Shown: positions 20,974 through 31,940, numbered from the stretch's first letter. The stretch: 64,000 nucleotides of DNA from an uncultured Nitrospiraceae bacterium (GCA_963727805.1 CAVSHF010000003.1:352001-416000), one strand, 5' to 3'. Translations and numbers: made by a program. The notes: a model not told the origin generated them from the sequence alone.

Positions 20974-22134
20974 TTATTTTACGAGTGCCCAGTCGCCGTT
21001 CCTGACAACGACCATCTCAAAGGCATCCTTGTCCAAGCCGCAGTGGTCTTTCGGAGACATATTGAATATGCCGCCTGTGGCAGGCCACTTCCTTATATTT
21101 GTTTCAATATAATCCCTGATTTTATTTTTGTCGGGACCGACCTTTTTGAGGGCCTCCACAATCATCATGAATGAGTCATGCGCGTGTCCGCCGAAAGTCC
21201 CCGGTTCACTTTTGAAACGTGCTTCATAATCCTGGGCAAACTTTTTCAGAACGGCCTTCTGAGGGTGTTTATCTGGGAGCTTGTCCCACACGACCAGTCT
21301 CCCGAGAGGTGAGATCACGCCCTCTGCTGCCTTCCCTGCAAGCTCTATATTTTTCTTAATCCCCCAACCATGGCTTTGGAAGAGAGGAATACCCATCTTC
21401 AGTGCATACCAGTTTTTAGTCACAATCACCTGACCGGGCCCAACAGACCAGTTGATTATTGCCTGTGCGCCTGCTGCCTTAACCTTGGTAAGCTGGGTGG
21501 TCATGTCGGAATCCTTGGGGCCATAGCGCTCGTCGGCAACGATTGTGATACCATATTTGGGCGCCATCTCATAGAGGGCTTTTTTCCCGGCATCCCCGAA
21601 CCCGGTGGTGATGGTTAGAACACCCACCTTAGAAATGCCGTGGTTCTTCATATAGGCATATAGTGCTTCAGCCACACTAAAATCGTACTGGGCGACTTTA
21701 AAGATCCACTTGCGCTCGCTCACCGGCTGTGTAATTCCTGCACCCGTCGCGCAGGAGATAAGCGGGGTCTTTGCGCCGTTCATGATAGGGACAAGAGCCA
21801 TCGATTCCCCGGTAGTTGAGGGTCCTATTATTGCGAGAACATTGTCCCTTTCGAGCAGTTTCTTAGCCGAAAGGACAGCTTGTGTTTCATCGCTCTTGGA
21901 GTCCTCGAAAATGACTTCAAGAGGATGCCCGCTCACTCCGCCAGCCTTGTTGATCTGGTCCTGAAGCATTATAATCGCATTCTTCTCTGGTTCACCTAGA
22001 AAGGAGGCAGCGCCGGTAACAGAAAAAATAACACCAATCTTATAAGGTTCCTTTGCCTGACATGTTGAAAAGAGTGAAAAGGCAAAAGTGAAAAGCGACA
22101 AGAAACACAATATGTTGATCGTTGACCGTTTCAT
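20974..22134 (-). CDS. LIV-type ABC substrate-binding protein (copy B)
   Basis: Signal peptide, YKIG..SVTG, periplasmic binding protein type 1; ATG 22134 after AGGAG. Confidence 0.9.
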   Translation of the reverse strand: MKRSTINILCFLSLFTFAFSLFSTCQAKEPYKIGVIFSVTGAASFLGEPEKNAIIMLQDQINKAGGVSGHPLEVIFEDSKSDETQAVLSAKKLLERDNVLAIIGPSTTGESMALVPIMNGAKTPLISCATGAGITQPVSERKWIFKVAQYDFSVAEALYAYMKNHGISKVGVLTITTGFGDAGKKALYEMAPKYGITIVADERYGPKDSDMTTQLTKVKAAGAQAIINWSVGPGQVIVTKNWYALKMGIPLFQSHGWGIKKNIELAGKAAEGVISPLGRLVVWDKLPDKHPQKAVLKKFAQDYEARFKSEPGTFGGHAHDSFMMIVEALKKVGPDKNKIRDYIETNIRKWPATGGIFNMSPKDHCGLDKDAFEMVVVRNGDWALVK

Positions 22135-22171
22135 GGTTCTCCTTTTCAAACAGGTTATTTCTGATACCCGT

Positions 22172-23335
22172 CTATTTTATCAACTCCCAGTCACCGTTTT
22201 TGACGACGACCATCTCAAAAGCGTCTTTGTCCAAGCCGCAGTGGTCTTTTGGTGACATATTGAAGGTCCCACCTGTTCCCACCCATTTATTGATCTTCGT
22301 CTCGATATACTGCCTGACCTTGTTCTTGTCAGGCCCGACCTTTTTAAGGGCCTCTGCGACCATCATAAGAGCATCATATGCGTAACCGCCAAAGGAGTCG
22401 GGCTCACTCTGATATCGCGCTTTATAATCCTGGACGTATTTTATCAGAATAGCCTTCTGAGGGTGTTTATCAGGGAGTTTGTCCCATACCACGAGCCTAC
22501 CGAGCGGGGATATTACCCCCTCCGCAGCCTTCCCTGCAAGCTCTATGTTTTTCTTGCTTCCCCATCCGTGGCTGTGAAAGAGGGGGATCCCCATCTTCAA
22601 TGCATACCAATTTTTTGTCACGATGACCTGACCAGGCCCAATAGACCAGTTGATCACCGCCTGCGCGCCGGCTGCCTTGACCTTGGTAAGTTGGGTGGTC
22701 ATGTCGGAATCCTTAGGACCATAGCGTTCATCTGCGACAATCGTGATCCCATATTTTGGGGCCATTTCATGGAGTGCCTTTTTGCCGGCATCACCAAAGC
22801 CTGTTGAAACACTAAGAATGCCCACCTTGAAAATACCGTGTTTTTTCATGTAGGCATAGATGGACTCAGCAGCACTGAAATCGTACTGCGGTGTCTTGAA
22901 TATCCAGTATCGCTCGTTAACCGGTTGTGTAATACCTGCTCCTGCTGCACAGGAAATCAGAGGGGTCTTGGCATTGTTCATAATGGGAACGAGGGCCATC
23001 GATTCTCCCGTGGTTGAAGGCCCGATGATCGCAAGAACATTATCGGAAGTGAGAAGTTTTTTTGCGGCTAGAACGGCCTGCGTTTCGTCGCTCTTGGAGT
23101 CTTCGATAATGACTTCAATAGGATGACCGTTTATTCCACCGGTCTTGTTGATCTGGTCCTTCAGCAGTAGGATGGTATTCTTTTCGGGCTCTCCCAGGAA
23201 AGAGGCAGCTCCTGTCACAGATAAGACGGCGCCGATCTTATAAGGTTCCTTTGCCTGGCATGTTGAGGCAATAAAAAAGACACCCGTTAATACTAAAAGG
23301 AAAACAGCTGCTATCTGCCTTTGTCTCAGGCCCAT
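22172..23335 (-). CDS. LIV-type ABC substrate-binding protein (copy A)
   Basis: Close tandem paralogue of 20974-22134. Confidence 0.9.
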   Translation of the reverse strand: MGLRQRQIAAVFLLVLTGVFFIASTCQAKEPYKIGAVLSVTGAASFLGEPEKNTILLLKDQINKTGGINGHPIEVIIEDSKSDETQAVLAAKKLLTSDNVLAIIGPSTTGESMALVPIMNNAKTPLISCAAGAGITQPVNERYWIFKTPQYDFSAAESIYAYMKKHGIFKVGILSVSTGFGDAGKKALHEMAPKYGITIVADERYGPKDSDMTTQLTKVKAAGAQAVINWSIGPGQVIVTKNWYALKMGIPLFHSHGWGSKKNIELAGKAAEGVISPLGRLVVWDKLPDKHPQKAILIKYVQDYKARYQSEPDSFGGYAYDALMMVAEALKKVGPDKNKVRQYIETKINKWVGTGGTFNMSPKDHCGLDKDAFEMVVVKNGDWELIK

Positions 23336-23407
23336 CTTTGCCCTCCCTCATGAGCAGAATTTACGGAACAGCTGCAGGAAGACCGCTGCCCCCATACAGC
23401 GGTTTTC

Positions 23408-23436
23408 ATTATACAACATGGCGCACAATTGAGCAA
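23408..23436 (-). promoter_or_regulatory. Putative sigma70 promoter of the ABC/paaK/porin operon
   Basis: TTGCTC-17 nt-TATAAT on the minus strand. Confidence 0.5.
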
Positions 23437-23594
23437 AGCCGACTTCTAAACAAGAGTGACAAAAGTCCTTTAAGAAATGCAGAATACGATTTATTGTAGT
23501 GAAGGCATCGGGTATGATACAATTTCGGAATATTTTTGTGATGTGCTTAAGGCCGGAGCTTGGTCCGCAGCCATAGAAAAAAGACGGGGGATTA

Positions 23595-24176
23595 ATGGCT
23601 ATAACGAGCGTACTTTTTGCCGGGGTTGGAGGGCAGGGGATCATACTGGCCAGCACGATCCTTGCCAGATGTGCTTTTCATCAGGGGTTGATAGTAAAAC
23701 AGAGCGAACTTCATGGCATGGCCCAGAGGGGTGGAAGTGTGATTAGCCATGTCCGCTTCGGGGAGGAGGTTTATTCTCCATTAATCCCAAAGGGCAGGGC
23801 TGATTTTCTAGTGGCCCTTGAGGAACTCGAAGGACTCCGTTATAATTTTTATTTGAAGAAGGGAGGTACTGTCATCCTGAATAAAAAGCGAGTGTTTCCT
23901 CCTACCGCGGATCCATTGAAGAACCCCTATCCGGAAGATGTCATGCAAAAGCTTCAAGAGCAGGGCTTCCGGGTAATTACTATCGATGCACTGGAGATCG
24001 CAAAAAGTCTTCAGAACCCCAAGGTTGAAAATGTCATAATTGTGGGGTCACTTTCTACGTACATCTCATTCCCGCTCACAGCTTGGGAGAACGCTGTAAG
24101 AGAATCGGTCCCTCTTAAAACGGTTGAGATTAATATCGAAGCCTTTGAAAAAGGCCGCGCATATACGGCGGTATAA
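23595..24176 (+). CDS. iorB: Indolepyruvate:ferredoxin oxidoreductase beta subunit
   Basis: GVGGQG, SELHGMAQRGGSV and YSPLIP motifs. Confidence 0.92.
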   Translation: MAITSVLFAGVGGQGIILASTILARCAFHQGLIVKQSELHGMAQRGGSVISHVRFGEEVYSPLIPKGRADFLVALEELEGLRYNFYLKKGGTVILNKKRVFPPTADPLKNPYPEDVMQKLQEQGFRVITIDALEIAKSLQNPKVENVIIVGSLSTYISFPLTAWENAVRESVPLKTVEINIEAFEKGRAYTAV

Positions 24177-25499
24177 ATGAAGACCCCTGAAAATATCATG
24201 ACAATCTCGTACTGGCAAAAACCGGAGGAGACGATCACTCGTGATGCCCTCGAATCATTTCAGCTTGAAAAACTAAGAGAGACTCTCCGTCATGTCTATG
24301 CGAATGTTCCTTTTTACCGGGCACGCTGTGATGAAGCAGGTCTCGATCCTGAAAAAATTAGCAGCCTCGACGATATAAAAAGGCTTCCCTTTACGACGAG
24401 TGACGATCTGCGACTGAATTATCCCTACGGCCTTCTCGCGGTGCCGAAGGATGACGTAGTGCGGGTGCATACGTCGAGCGGCACGACGGGAAAGCCGAAG
24501 GCCCTTTTTTTTTCGAAGGGAGATATAGAGCGCTCGGCAAATCTTATCGCGCGATGTCTTGTAATGACGGGAACCGGGAAGGGCGATACTCTTCAGAACA
24601 TGATGACTTATGGACTATTTACCGGAGCTCTGGTAATGCATTACGGCGCTGAAAGAGTAGGGGCTCTTGTTATTCCTGCTGGTCCCGGGAACACTGACCG
24701 CCAGATATCTCTTATGCGCGATTTCGAGACGACTGCCGTCCATATAACTCCTAGCTATGCGCTCTATCTCGCGAGTGTTCTCCAGAAGAAGGGAATCGAC
24801 CCTGGAAAGGACTTAAATCTTAGGCGGGCGTACATGGGAGCCGAACCTTATTCAGAAGAGACAAGAAAAAAAATCGAATATCTATTCGGCATAGATGTTT
24901 ATAATTCCTACGGGTTGACTGAAATGAATGGCCCTGGTGTGGCCTTCGAATGCCCATATAAAAACGGTATGCATCTTTGGGAAGACCATTTTCTGGTCGA
25001 AATCATCAATCCAGAAACCGGAGAGATCCTCGATGAGGGCAGGGAAGGCGAACTTGTTATTAGCTCATTGCGCCGCGAGGCTATGCCTCTGATAAGATAC
25101 CGGACAAGGGATATTACAAAAATTATGAGCGACACTTGTGCGTGCGGCCGCACCCACCGAAGAATTTCGCGTATCATGGGAAGGTCGGATGATATGTTTG
25201 TTGTCAAGGGGGTAAATATTTTCCCTCAGCAGATTGAGCAGGTTCTGATGGGAATTAAAGGTGTCGCCCAGAATTACCAGATTGTACTGGAATCATTGGA
25301 TCAGCTGACTATCAAAGTCGAGATATCAAAAGACCTATTTGACGGGAGCATTGATCATCTCCTGAAACTGCAGGCTGTGATAACCGCCAAGGTCAGGGCT
25401 GAAATATTAGTGAAGCCCACGATCGAACTCCTCGAACCGGGAGCACTCCCGGTGAGCGAAGGTAAGGCTAAGAGAGTGCTTGACATTAGGACGATGTAA
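24177..25499 (+). CDS. paaK: Phenylacetate-CoA ligase family protein (paralogue 2)
   Basis: [27 protein letters not shown]. Confidence 0.9.
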   Translation: MKTPENIMTISYWQKPEETITRDALESFQLEKLRETLRHVYANVPFYRARCDEAGLDPEKISSLDDIKRLPFTTSDDLRLNYPYGLLAVPKDDVVRVHTSSGTTGKPKALFFSKGDIERSANLIARCLVMTGTGKGDTLQNMMTYGLFTGALVMHYGAERVGALVIPAGPGNTDRQISLMRDFETTAVHITPSYALYLASVLQKKGIDPGKDLNLRRAYMGAEPYSEETRKKIEYLFGIDVYNSYGLTEMNGPGVAFECPYKNGMHLWEDHFLVEIINPETGEILDEGREGELVISSLRREAMPLIRYRTRDITKIMSDTCACGRTHRRISRIMGRSDDMFVVKGVNIFPQQIEQVLMGIKGVAQNYQIVLESLDQLTIKVEISKDLFDGSIDHLLKLQAVITAKVRAEILVKPTIELLEPGALPVSEGKAKRVLDIRTM

Positions 25500-25558
25500 T
25501 CCGTCCTTACTTCTCCATTTCAATCATGGGGAGGATGACTGGGGTTAAAGGAGCCACT

Positions 25559-25993
25559 ATGGATAAAGTAATGCAGGTTTCGGTGTTTTCGGAAAATAGG
25601 CCCGGCAGAATCGAAAAAATAACAGGGATATTCGCCGATGAGGGAATTAACATCCTCGCCATCTCGATCACAAGCACCAATGGTTTCGGCATCATCAAAC
25701 TGCTTGTCGATAAATTCGATCTCGCTTACGATAAACTGAAAGAGAACGGCTTTACTGTGACACTGAACGAAGTCCTTGCCATTGAGATGAGGGACAGTCC
25801 AGGCGGACTTCATGAAGTATCTCAGATTCTGACGAAAAATCAAATCAACATAGAAAACGCTTATGTCTATGTGGTTGAGTCCAGGGCGAGAGCATTTCTG
25901 TTGATAGAGGTTAAAGACATAGACAAAGCGAAAGAAATCTTGTCTAAAGAAGACCTGAAGTTCTTCAGGTATGATGAATTCAAACGAAGATAA
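25559..25993 (+). CDS. Tandem ACT-domain protein
   Basis: [26 protein letters not shown]; start 25559 after AAGGAG. Confidence 0.85.
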   Translation: MDKVMQVSVFSENRPGRIEKITGIFADEGINILAISITSTNGFGIIKLLVDKFDLAYDKLKENGFTVTLNEVLAIEMRDSPGGLHEVSQILTKNQINIENAYVYVVESRARAFLLIEVKDIDKAKEILSKEDLKFFRYDEFKRR

Positions 25994-26004
25994 AGGGGTG
26001 TAAG

Positions 26005-27303
26005 ATGATCTGGAACAGACAGGCAGAGTGCATGCCGGATAAGGAGAGACAAAAACTCCAGCTCGCAAGACTGAAGGAAACGGTCCGCAGGGCCTATGAG
26101 AATATCCCATATTATAAAAAGCGTTTTGATGAACTGAAACTAAAACCGACGGATATTAAAACACTGAAGGACATTTCAAAGCTGCCGTTTACGACAAAGA
26201 CGGATCTTAGAGAAGGCTATCCTTTTGGAATGTTCGCAGTTCCGATGAAAGATATCGTCGAGGTCCATACCTCTTCAGGTACGACCGGGAAGCCCGTTGT
26301 TGCCGGATATACGCGCGGGGATATTGATACTTGGAGCGAGGTTGTAGCCAGGTGTCTTACCATGGCTGGGGCGACGAATGAGGACATAATACAGAACGGC
26401 TATGGATACGGCCTCTTTACCGGTGGTATGGGTTTGCATTACGGGGCACATAAAATCGGGGCAACAGTGGTACCGATTTCGGCGGGCAATACGAAGCGAC
26501 AGATTGACATCATGCAGGACTTCGGCACGACGGTTATAACCTGCACGCCCTCCTATGCACTCTATCTGGCTGAGGCGGCTGGAGAAGATGGGGTGGACAG
26601 GAAAAAGATAAAGCTGAAAGCAGGGTGCTTTGGTGCTGAGGTTTGGACTGAAAAGATGAGGGAAGAGATCGAACAACGGTTCCGCATTCTGGCGTTGAAT
26701 ATCTACGGCCTCACCGAGATCATTGGTCCTGGCGTCGCTCACGAATGCGATCAAAAATCGGGTCTCCACATTTTTGAAGACCACTTTTTCCCAGAAATCG
26801 TATCTCCTGAAACACTCGAACCTCTTCCGGACGGCGAACGGGGAGAATTGGTGTTCACAACTCTCACACGTGAAGGTATGCCTATGATCAGGTTTCGCAC
26901 TAGGGACATCACAACATTACGAAAGGAACCCTGCAAATGTGGACGGACCGTAGTGAGAATGGACCGCATAACCGGACGCAGCGATGACATGCTGAAGATA
27001 AGGGGCGTGTTGATCTTTCCTTCACAGATAGAAAAGGCACTCCTCGAGGTTAAAGGCATCGAGCCGCAGTATCAGATTATCGTTACCCGGCCGCGCCATT
27101 TGGACGAGATTGAGGTGCAGGTTGAGATCTCGAAGAAGATGTTCTCTGACGAGGTCAAGCACATAGAGGAGTTCCGAAGAAAGATTGAGGCACACATTGA
27201 AAAATCGGTCGGACTTAGGGTAAGGGTAACGCTCGTGGAGCCGAAGAGCCTGCCGAGAAGCGAAGGAAAGGCCAAGAGAGTCTTCGACAAACGCCAACTT
27301 TAA
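26005..27303 (+). CDS. paaK: Phenylacetate-CoA ligase (paralogue 3)
   Basis: [30 protein letters not shown]. Confidence 0.92.
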   Translation: MIWNRQAECMPDKERQKLQLARLKETVRRAYENIPYYKKRFDELKLKPTDIKTLKDISKLPFTTKTDLREGYPFGMFAVPMKDIVEVHTSSGTTGKPVVAGYTRGDIDTWSEVVARCLTMAGATNEDIIQNGYGYGLFTGGMGLHYGAHKIGATVVPISAGNTKRQIDIMQDFGTTVITCTPSYALYLAEAAGEDGVDRKKIKLKAGCFGAEVWTEKMREEIEQRFRILALNIYGLTEIIGPGVAHECDQKSGLHIFEDHFFPEIVSPETLEPLPDGERGELVFTTLTREGMPMIRFRTRDITTLRKEPCKCGRTVVRMDRITGRSDDMLKIRGVLIFPSQIEKALLEVKGIEPQYQIIVTRPRHLDEIEVQVEISKKMFSDEVKHIEEFRRKIEAHIEKSVGLRVRVTLVEPKSLPRSEGKAKRVFDKRQL

Positions 27304-27314
27304 AGGAGATCACC

Positions 27315-27746
27315 ATGAAACTGAAACAGATATCGATTTTTCTGGAAAATAGGAAAGGCCGGCTTTGGGAGGCCCTTGACGCACTTGCCCAGGCCAAGAT
27401 AAATATCAGGGCACTTTCGATAGCCGACACCTCAGAGTTCGGCATTTTGCGACTGATCGTTCCCGATCCCGATAAAGCAAAAAAAGTTTTGGATAAAGGC
27501 AATTTCACGGTTAAGGAGAACAATGTTGTCGCCGTGGAGGTCGCTGACAAGCCTGGTGGTCTTTCAGAGGTGCTCAAGGTGCTGAGCGACGCTGACATCA
27601 ACGTGGAATATCTCTACGCCTTTGTCCAGAAGAGCGGCGAGAAGGCAGTCGTCGTCCTGCGAACAGAAAATACCGACGCGGGAATTAAGGCGTTGAAGGC
27701 AGGGGGAATCGCCATCCTCTCGGCTGACCAGGTTTACGCGTTATAG
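27315..27746 (+). CDS. Tandem ACT-domain protein
   Basis: [36 protein letters not shown]. Confidence 0.9.
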   Translation: MKLKQISIFLENRKGRLWEALDALAQAKINIRALSIADTSEFGILRLIVPDPDKAKKVLDKGNFTVKENNVVAVEVADKPGGLSEVLKVLSDADINVEYLYAFVQKSGEKAVVVLRTENTDAGIKALKAGGIAILSADQVYAL

Positions 27747-27772
27747 AACCTTAAGAAAGTCCCCGAGCGAAC

Positions 27773-28141
27773 TCAGCTCTTTTCTCGATCCGGCTTACTA
27801 TAAATGCGCTGTGAAGAATGAGGGAAGACTAGGGTAGACCCTTCGGAGTATTCCGCGTCTTCTTTTAATAACTCGGCGATCCCGCGTTCTATTACGGGGA
27901 AAGTGTGTGCGTCCCATGCATCGCCAAAATGGTTGGAAAGAAGATTCAATGTTCTTGGGTCGTCCGTTTCGATAATAAAAAAAACCTTCAGGGGAGAACT
28001 CCCTATGACTTCATAGCGTTTAATAGTCTTACATCTCTTTTTAAATAACTTTTCTCTATCTTTCAGCCACGATCCTCTTTCACGATAGATTTCTTTTCTG
28101 GTCACATTATCTTTGGCACTAAGAATAGAAACGAACCACAT
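27773..28141 (-). CDS. Hypothetical protein (possible DUF3303/GYD-like alpha-beta barrel)
   Basis: RBS GGAGG; KVFFIIETDD..L....FP pattern. Confidence 0.55.
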   Translation of the reverse strand: MWFVSILSAKDNVTRKEIYRERGSWLKDREKLFKKRCKTIKRYEVIGSSPLKVFFIIETDDPRTLNLLSNHFGDAWDAHTFPVIERGIAELLKEDAEYSEGSTLVFPHSSQRIYSKPDREKS

Positions 28142-28308
28142 TTTTGACCTCCATTCATTAATTACGCGTTGACGAAGGCGTTCATACGTAACACCGCATG
28201 CTTGTCAATCCTCAGCTTGACTGGGCATACAGAACCTATCTAAATCACTCTATTCTCACCGTCGCATGAACCGATATAAAGAAACGCGACGAAATTTGTG
28301 GATGTCTA

Positions 28309-28728
28309 CTAACCCACTACTATTTTATAACTATAACTAATTTTCGCTGATCCTTCAAGCGTAGCCTTTACTGAGCAGTATTTATCCATGGAAAGATCGA
28401 CCGCCTTTTTGACGGCATCCTCGGAAATATTCTTGCCGGTAATGATAAATTCAAGCTGGATCGATGTATACTTCTGCGGATGCGATTCAGCCTTCTCCCC
28501 GCTGACATTTACTGCGATATCTATCACTTCCTGCCGCTTTTTCTTTAAAACTGAAATAACATCCATTCCTGAACAGCCCCCGATGCCGACAAGAAGCAGT
28601 TCCATGGGAGTCATTCCCGTCCTGACCATTCCCGCTTCCGGGCTAGCATCCAACACAATCGCATGACCGGATCCTGATTCACCCACGAACTGAAATCCTT
28701 CAACCCATTTCACTTTGGCTGTTAGCAT
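28309..28728 (-). CDS. OsmC/YhfA family protein
   Basis: PMELLL.G.GGCS and KYCSV motifs; start 28728 after GAGGAG. Confidence 0.9.
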   Translation of the reverse strand: MLTAKVKWVEGFQFVGESGSGHAIVLDASPEAGMVRTGMTPMELLLVGIGGCSGMDVISVLKKKRQEVIDIAVNVSGEKAESHPQKYTSIQLEFIITGKNISEDAVKKAVDLSMDKYCSVKATLEGSAKISYSYKIVVG

Positions 28729-28816
28729 TGTTGTCTCCTCTTGTCTTAAGTCAATCATAAAATTGTAGAGGCTGGCCTGCCCCTGCCCAATAAGTGGGCA
28801 GCAAACGGTTCCTCAG

Positions 28817-29599
28817 CTATGGATTGGTCAACTGAAGTCTCTGAATACCGCTTGCCTTTCCGCTCGCTTCATCCACCTCGATGACGACTGCCGATAATAT
28901 CGCCTTGCCCTCGGCAACATCAAATCTTCTCGGCATGTGTGTGAGAAATCTCTCTATGACCTGATCTTTCTCAATTCCGATGACCCCCCAAAGCGGCCCG
29001 GTCATGCCGACATCCGATATGTATGCTGTACCGCCAGGAAGAATCCTTTCGTCGGCAGTCTGAACATGGGTGTGAGTGCCGATGACAGCACTCACCTGTC
29101 CGTCTACGTAGTACCCAAACGCGAGTTTTTCTGAGGTAGCCTCGGCATGGAAGTCGATGATGACGATCTTCGCCGATTCATGAATATCTGCCAACGCGGC
29201 TTTGGTAGACCTGAAAGGGCAGTCGAAGGTATTCATGAAAACCCTGCCCGAGACGTTCACCACGGCAACAGGACACTTCTTTCGTGATGAAAAGACGATG
29301 CTACCTGACCCTGGAACACCAGGCGGATAATTGAGCGGTCTCAGGATACGGTGCTCCTTTGCAAGATAGGGAAGGGCTTCTTTCTTGTCCCAAACATGGT
29401 TGCCGGTCGTGATAATGTCGATGCCGTAAAAGAAGAGTTCTGATGCAGTAGATTCGGTAATGCCGAAGCCGCCGGCAGCGTTCTCTCCATTGGCCACGAC
29501 AACATCTATTTTGTACCGGCTGACAAGATTGGGGAGGAGGGCCTTTACGGCCTGCCTCCCCGGCTTTCCAACTATATCACCTATAAACAGGATCTTCAT
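28817..29599 (-). CDS. ymdB: YmdB-like metallophosphoesterase (TIGR00282 type)
   Basis: GDIVG, NGEN, TGNH, DFHAEATSEK, GTHTHV. Confidence 0.93.
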   Translation of the reverse strand: MKILFIGDIVGKPGRQAVKALLPNLVSRYKIDVVVANGENAAGGFGITESTASELFFYGIDIITTGNHVWDKKEALPYLAKEHRILRPLNYPPGVPGSGSIVFSSRKKCPVAVVNVSGRVFMNTFDCPFRSTKAALADIHESAKIVIIDFHAEATSEKLAFGYYVDGQVSAVIGTHTHVQTADERILPGGTAYISDVGMTGPLWGVIGIEKDQVIERFLTHMPRRFDVAEGKAILSAVVIEVDEASGKASGIQRLQLTNP

Positions 29600-29649
29600 G
29601 AGAAAATGAGAACGGATTGCGATCTGCCGGTCACAGGCACTCCCTCCGA

Positions 29650-31215
29650 TTATTTTGCATAATCGACGTGGCGTGATTCTCTGATAACGGTCACCTTTAT
29701 CTGTCCGGGATAGGTGAGCTCAGACTCAATCTTCTTTCCCAGGTCTCTTGCCATGATAGTACACATCTCATCGTTTACGGCTTCCGGCTTAACGATGATG
29801 CGGATTTCTCTTCCCGCCTGAATGGCGTAACATTTTTCGACACCGGCAAAAGACATAGCCATTTCTTCGAGTTTTTCAAGACGCTTGAGGTAAAGTTCGA
29901 TACTTTCCCTTCTAACGCCCGGACGGGCCGCTGAAAGGGCATCACCGGCCGCTACAAGGGCTGATTCGACCCAGCGCGCCTCGACATCTCCGTGGTGTGC
30001 AAGAATTGCGTTGATTACTGCCTCGGATTCACCATATTTCTTTGCGAGAAAGCCGCCGATTTCCTGGTGAGAGCCCTCCATCTCGTGATCCACAGCCTTA
30101 CCTATGTCATGAAGCAGCCCGCCGCGCTTGGCAAGCTTCGTATCGACGCCGAGTTCCCCGGCCATCATGCCAGCAAGGAAGGCGACCTCCTTTGAGTGCT
30201 GCAACACGTTTTGTCCATAAGATGTCCTGTATTTCAGTCTTCCGATGATCCGGATAATATCCGGATGCACACCTGAAATGCCGAGTTCGAAGACTGCTTT
30301 TTCACCCTCTTCTCTGATCGTGGACTCAACCTCTTTTTTCACCTTTTCGACGACTTCCTCAATTCGAGCGGGATGTATCCTCCCGTCTGTCACCAGTCTC
30401 CCGAGAGAGAGTCGTGCAATCTCTCTTCTTACGGGATCATGGGCTGATAGAGTTACCAGTTCAGGGGTATCGTCGACGATGATATCCACGCCGGTTGCGG
30501 CCTCAAAGGCCCGGATGTTCCGTCCCTCACGGCCGATAATCCGTCCCTTCATTTCATCACCGGGAAGGCTTACGGCTGATACCGTAGCGTCTGCAACATA
30601 ATCGGCGGCATATCGCTGTATGGCGAAACTAATGATTTCGTTCGCTTTCTTTTCTGCATTCTCTTTTGCCTCATCCTCGATTTTCTTGATCAGCTTCGCG
30701 GCCTCAAACCGGGACTCTTCCTCGATTCTTCTGAAAAGTTCCTGCTTTGCCTCTTCAGAACGCATACTCGCAATCCGCTCGAGTACCTGAGTCTGTTCCT
30801 TGACAAGTAGTCCGATCTGGTTCTCCTTATCGGTTACGGCCCGCTCCCTCGTACCAAACTCCCGCTCTTTTCGGGATAAATCATTTTCTTTTCTCTCGAG
30901 TTGATCGATCTTCTTCTCGAGTGATTCCTCTTTTTGTCTGAGTCTCTTGTCGAGGTGATTCAGTTCCTTAGTTCGTTCGCGTATTTCTCTTTCAGCCTCT
31001 GCCTTTGCCTGGTAAACAGCATCCTTTACCGAAACGGCAGCGTCTTTCCTAATAACCTCGGCTTCTCTCTTTGCCTCTTCAAGCTGGTGTTCACGCTCTT
31101 TTTCTAGAGTGTGTTGTTGTGCCTTCAACGTTTTCTTGTAATAGACAAAGAACGCGAGACCGCTCAGTACTCCGGCAACGACAGCGACCAGGATGTACGT
31201 AATCGTGTAGGGCAT
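29650..31215 (-). CDS. rny: Ribonuclease Y
   Basis: N-terminal TM, coiled coil, KH domain ([13 protein letters not shown]), HD domain (LLHDIGK). Confidence 0.97.
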   Translation of the reverse strand: MPYTITYILVAVVAGVLSGLAFFVYYKKTLKAQQHTLEKEREHQLEEAKREAEVIRKDAAVSVKDAVYQAKAEAEREIRERTKELNHLDKRLRQKEESLEKKIDQLERKENDLSRKEREFGTRERAVTDKENQIGLLVKEQTQVLERIASMRSEEAKQELFRRIEEESRFEAAKLIKKIEDEAKENAEKKANEIISFAIQRYAADYVADATVSAVSLPGDEMKGRIIGREGRNIRAFEAATGVDIIVDDTPELVTLSAHDPVRREIARLSLGRLVTDGRIHPARIEEVVEKVKKEVESTIREEGEKAVFELGISGVHPDIIRIIGRLKYRTSYGQNVLQHSKEVAFLAGMMAGELGVDTKLAKRGGLLHDIGKAVDHEMEGSHQEIGGFLAKKYGESEAVINAILAHHGDVEARWVESALVAAGDALSAARPGVRRESIELYLKRLEKLEEMAMSFAGVEKCYAIQAGREIRIIVKPEAVNDEMCTIMARDLGKKIESELTYPGQIKVTVIRESRHVDYAK

Positions 31216-31622
31216 GGTTTGCTTCCTCCTCTATAGAATGAAAAAGAGGCATGAGTAGATGACATTGCGAACGGGATAATCAACTTTCAGTGTCGCCATC
31301 AAACGGTGCCTCTCTTTTACAGTGCGATCTTACATGCGAGCACGCAAGTTCTGCCGATGTCGAGATGCTTGATGTTGTTGGACAGTGAAAGAAGAAGTGC
31401 TAAGGGGAAAGGCGCTTGAGGCCTTCACGGAAAGGGGCAAGGGCAGGACATATCGGAATTAACGTCGATCGTCCATAAAGCTTCGATATCTCTCTATTTT
31501 TAACGCCTTTTTTCAAGACCCCACTCCTGTATATCTTCTTTGTCTAAGTAGCTGTCCACTGCATCAATGACATTTCATCATCTATGATTAAAACTGCTCA
31601 TTATCTTATGATGATTTTATTA

Positions 31623-31796
31623 GCCCACCCTGCCGTGTAGCGAAAAATCAGATCCCCGTTATTATAAGTGGGTGCCGTGAGAGCATCTTAGGCTTTCTCC
31701 TCAGGGGAGACGTGCACACCGAATACCCAACGTTGGCTCCCTAAAGATCTAACTTGCCGGGATCAACTCTTTCACTTAATCACGCACAGGGCAGGC
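31623..31796 (-). ncRNA. ssrS: 6S RNA
   Basis: Minus strand begins GCCTGCCCTGTGCGTG and ends CACGGCAGGGTGGG (terminal pairing); internal GATCCC/GGGATC, GGGAGCC and GCACCCAC around a central bubble; typical position upstream of rny; ends approximate. Confidence 0.8.
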
Positions 31797-31812
31797 AAGC
31801 TCTGTATAGTTA

Positions 31813-31842
31813 GTTATACCAAAAAAATACCTTTCTAGGCAA
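31813..31842 (-). promoter_or_regulatory. Putative 6S RNA promoter
   Basis: TTGCCT-18 nt-TATAAC with an extended -10 TG. Confidence 0.5.
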
Positions 31843-31940
31843 CTATAATGTTAAGCGTAAGTTGATGCGGAGCCGCCGGGAGTTGCGGGTAATAAATAAA
31901 TATGTATACTAATCATAAAATAATTACAGCTGAGGGGGTC

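Noticed and set aside
23477..23746. Possible remnant of the iorA C terminus upstream of iorB
   Set aside because: No CxxCxxC ferredoxin motif; the region holds promoter-like elements and the ORF overlaps iorB out of frame
31216..31622. Pseudogene of 5-formyl-THF cyclo-ligase between 6S RNA and rny
   Set aside because: Only very short frames and no recognisable motifs on the coding strand
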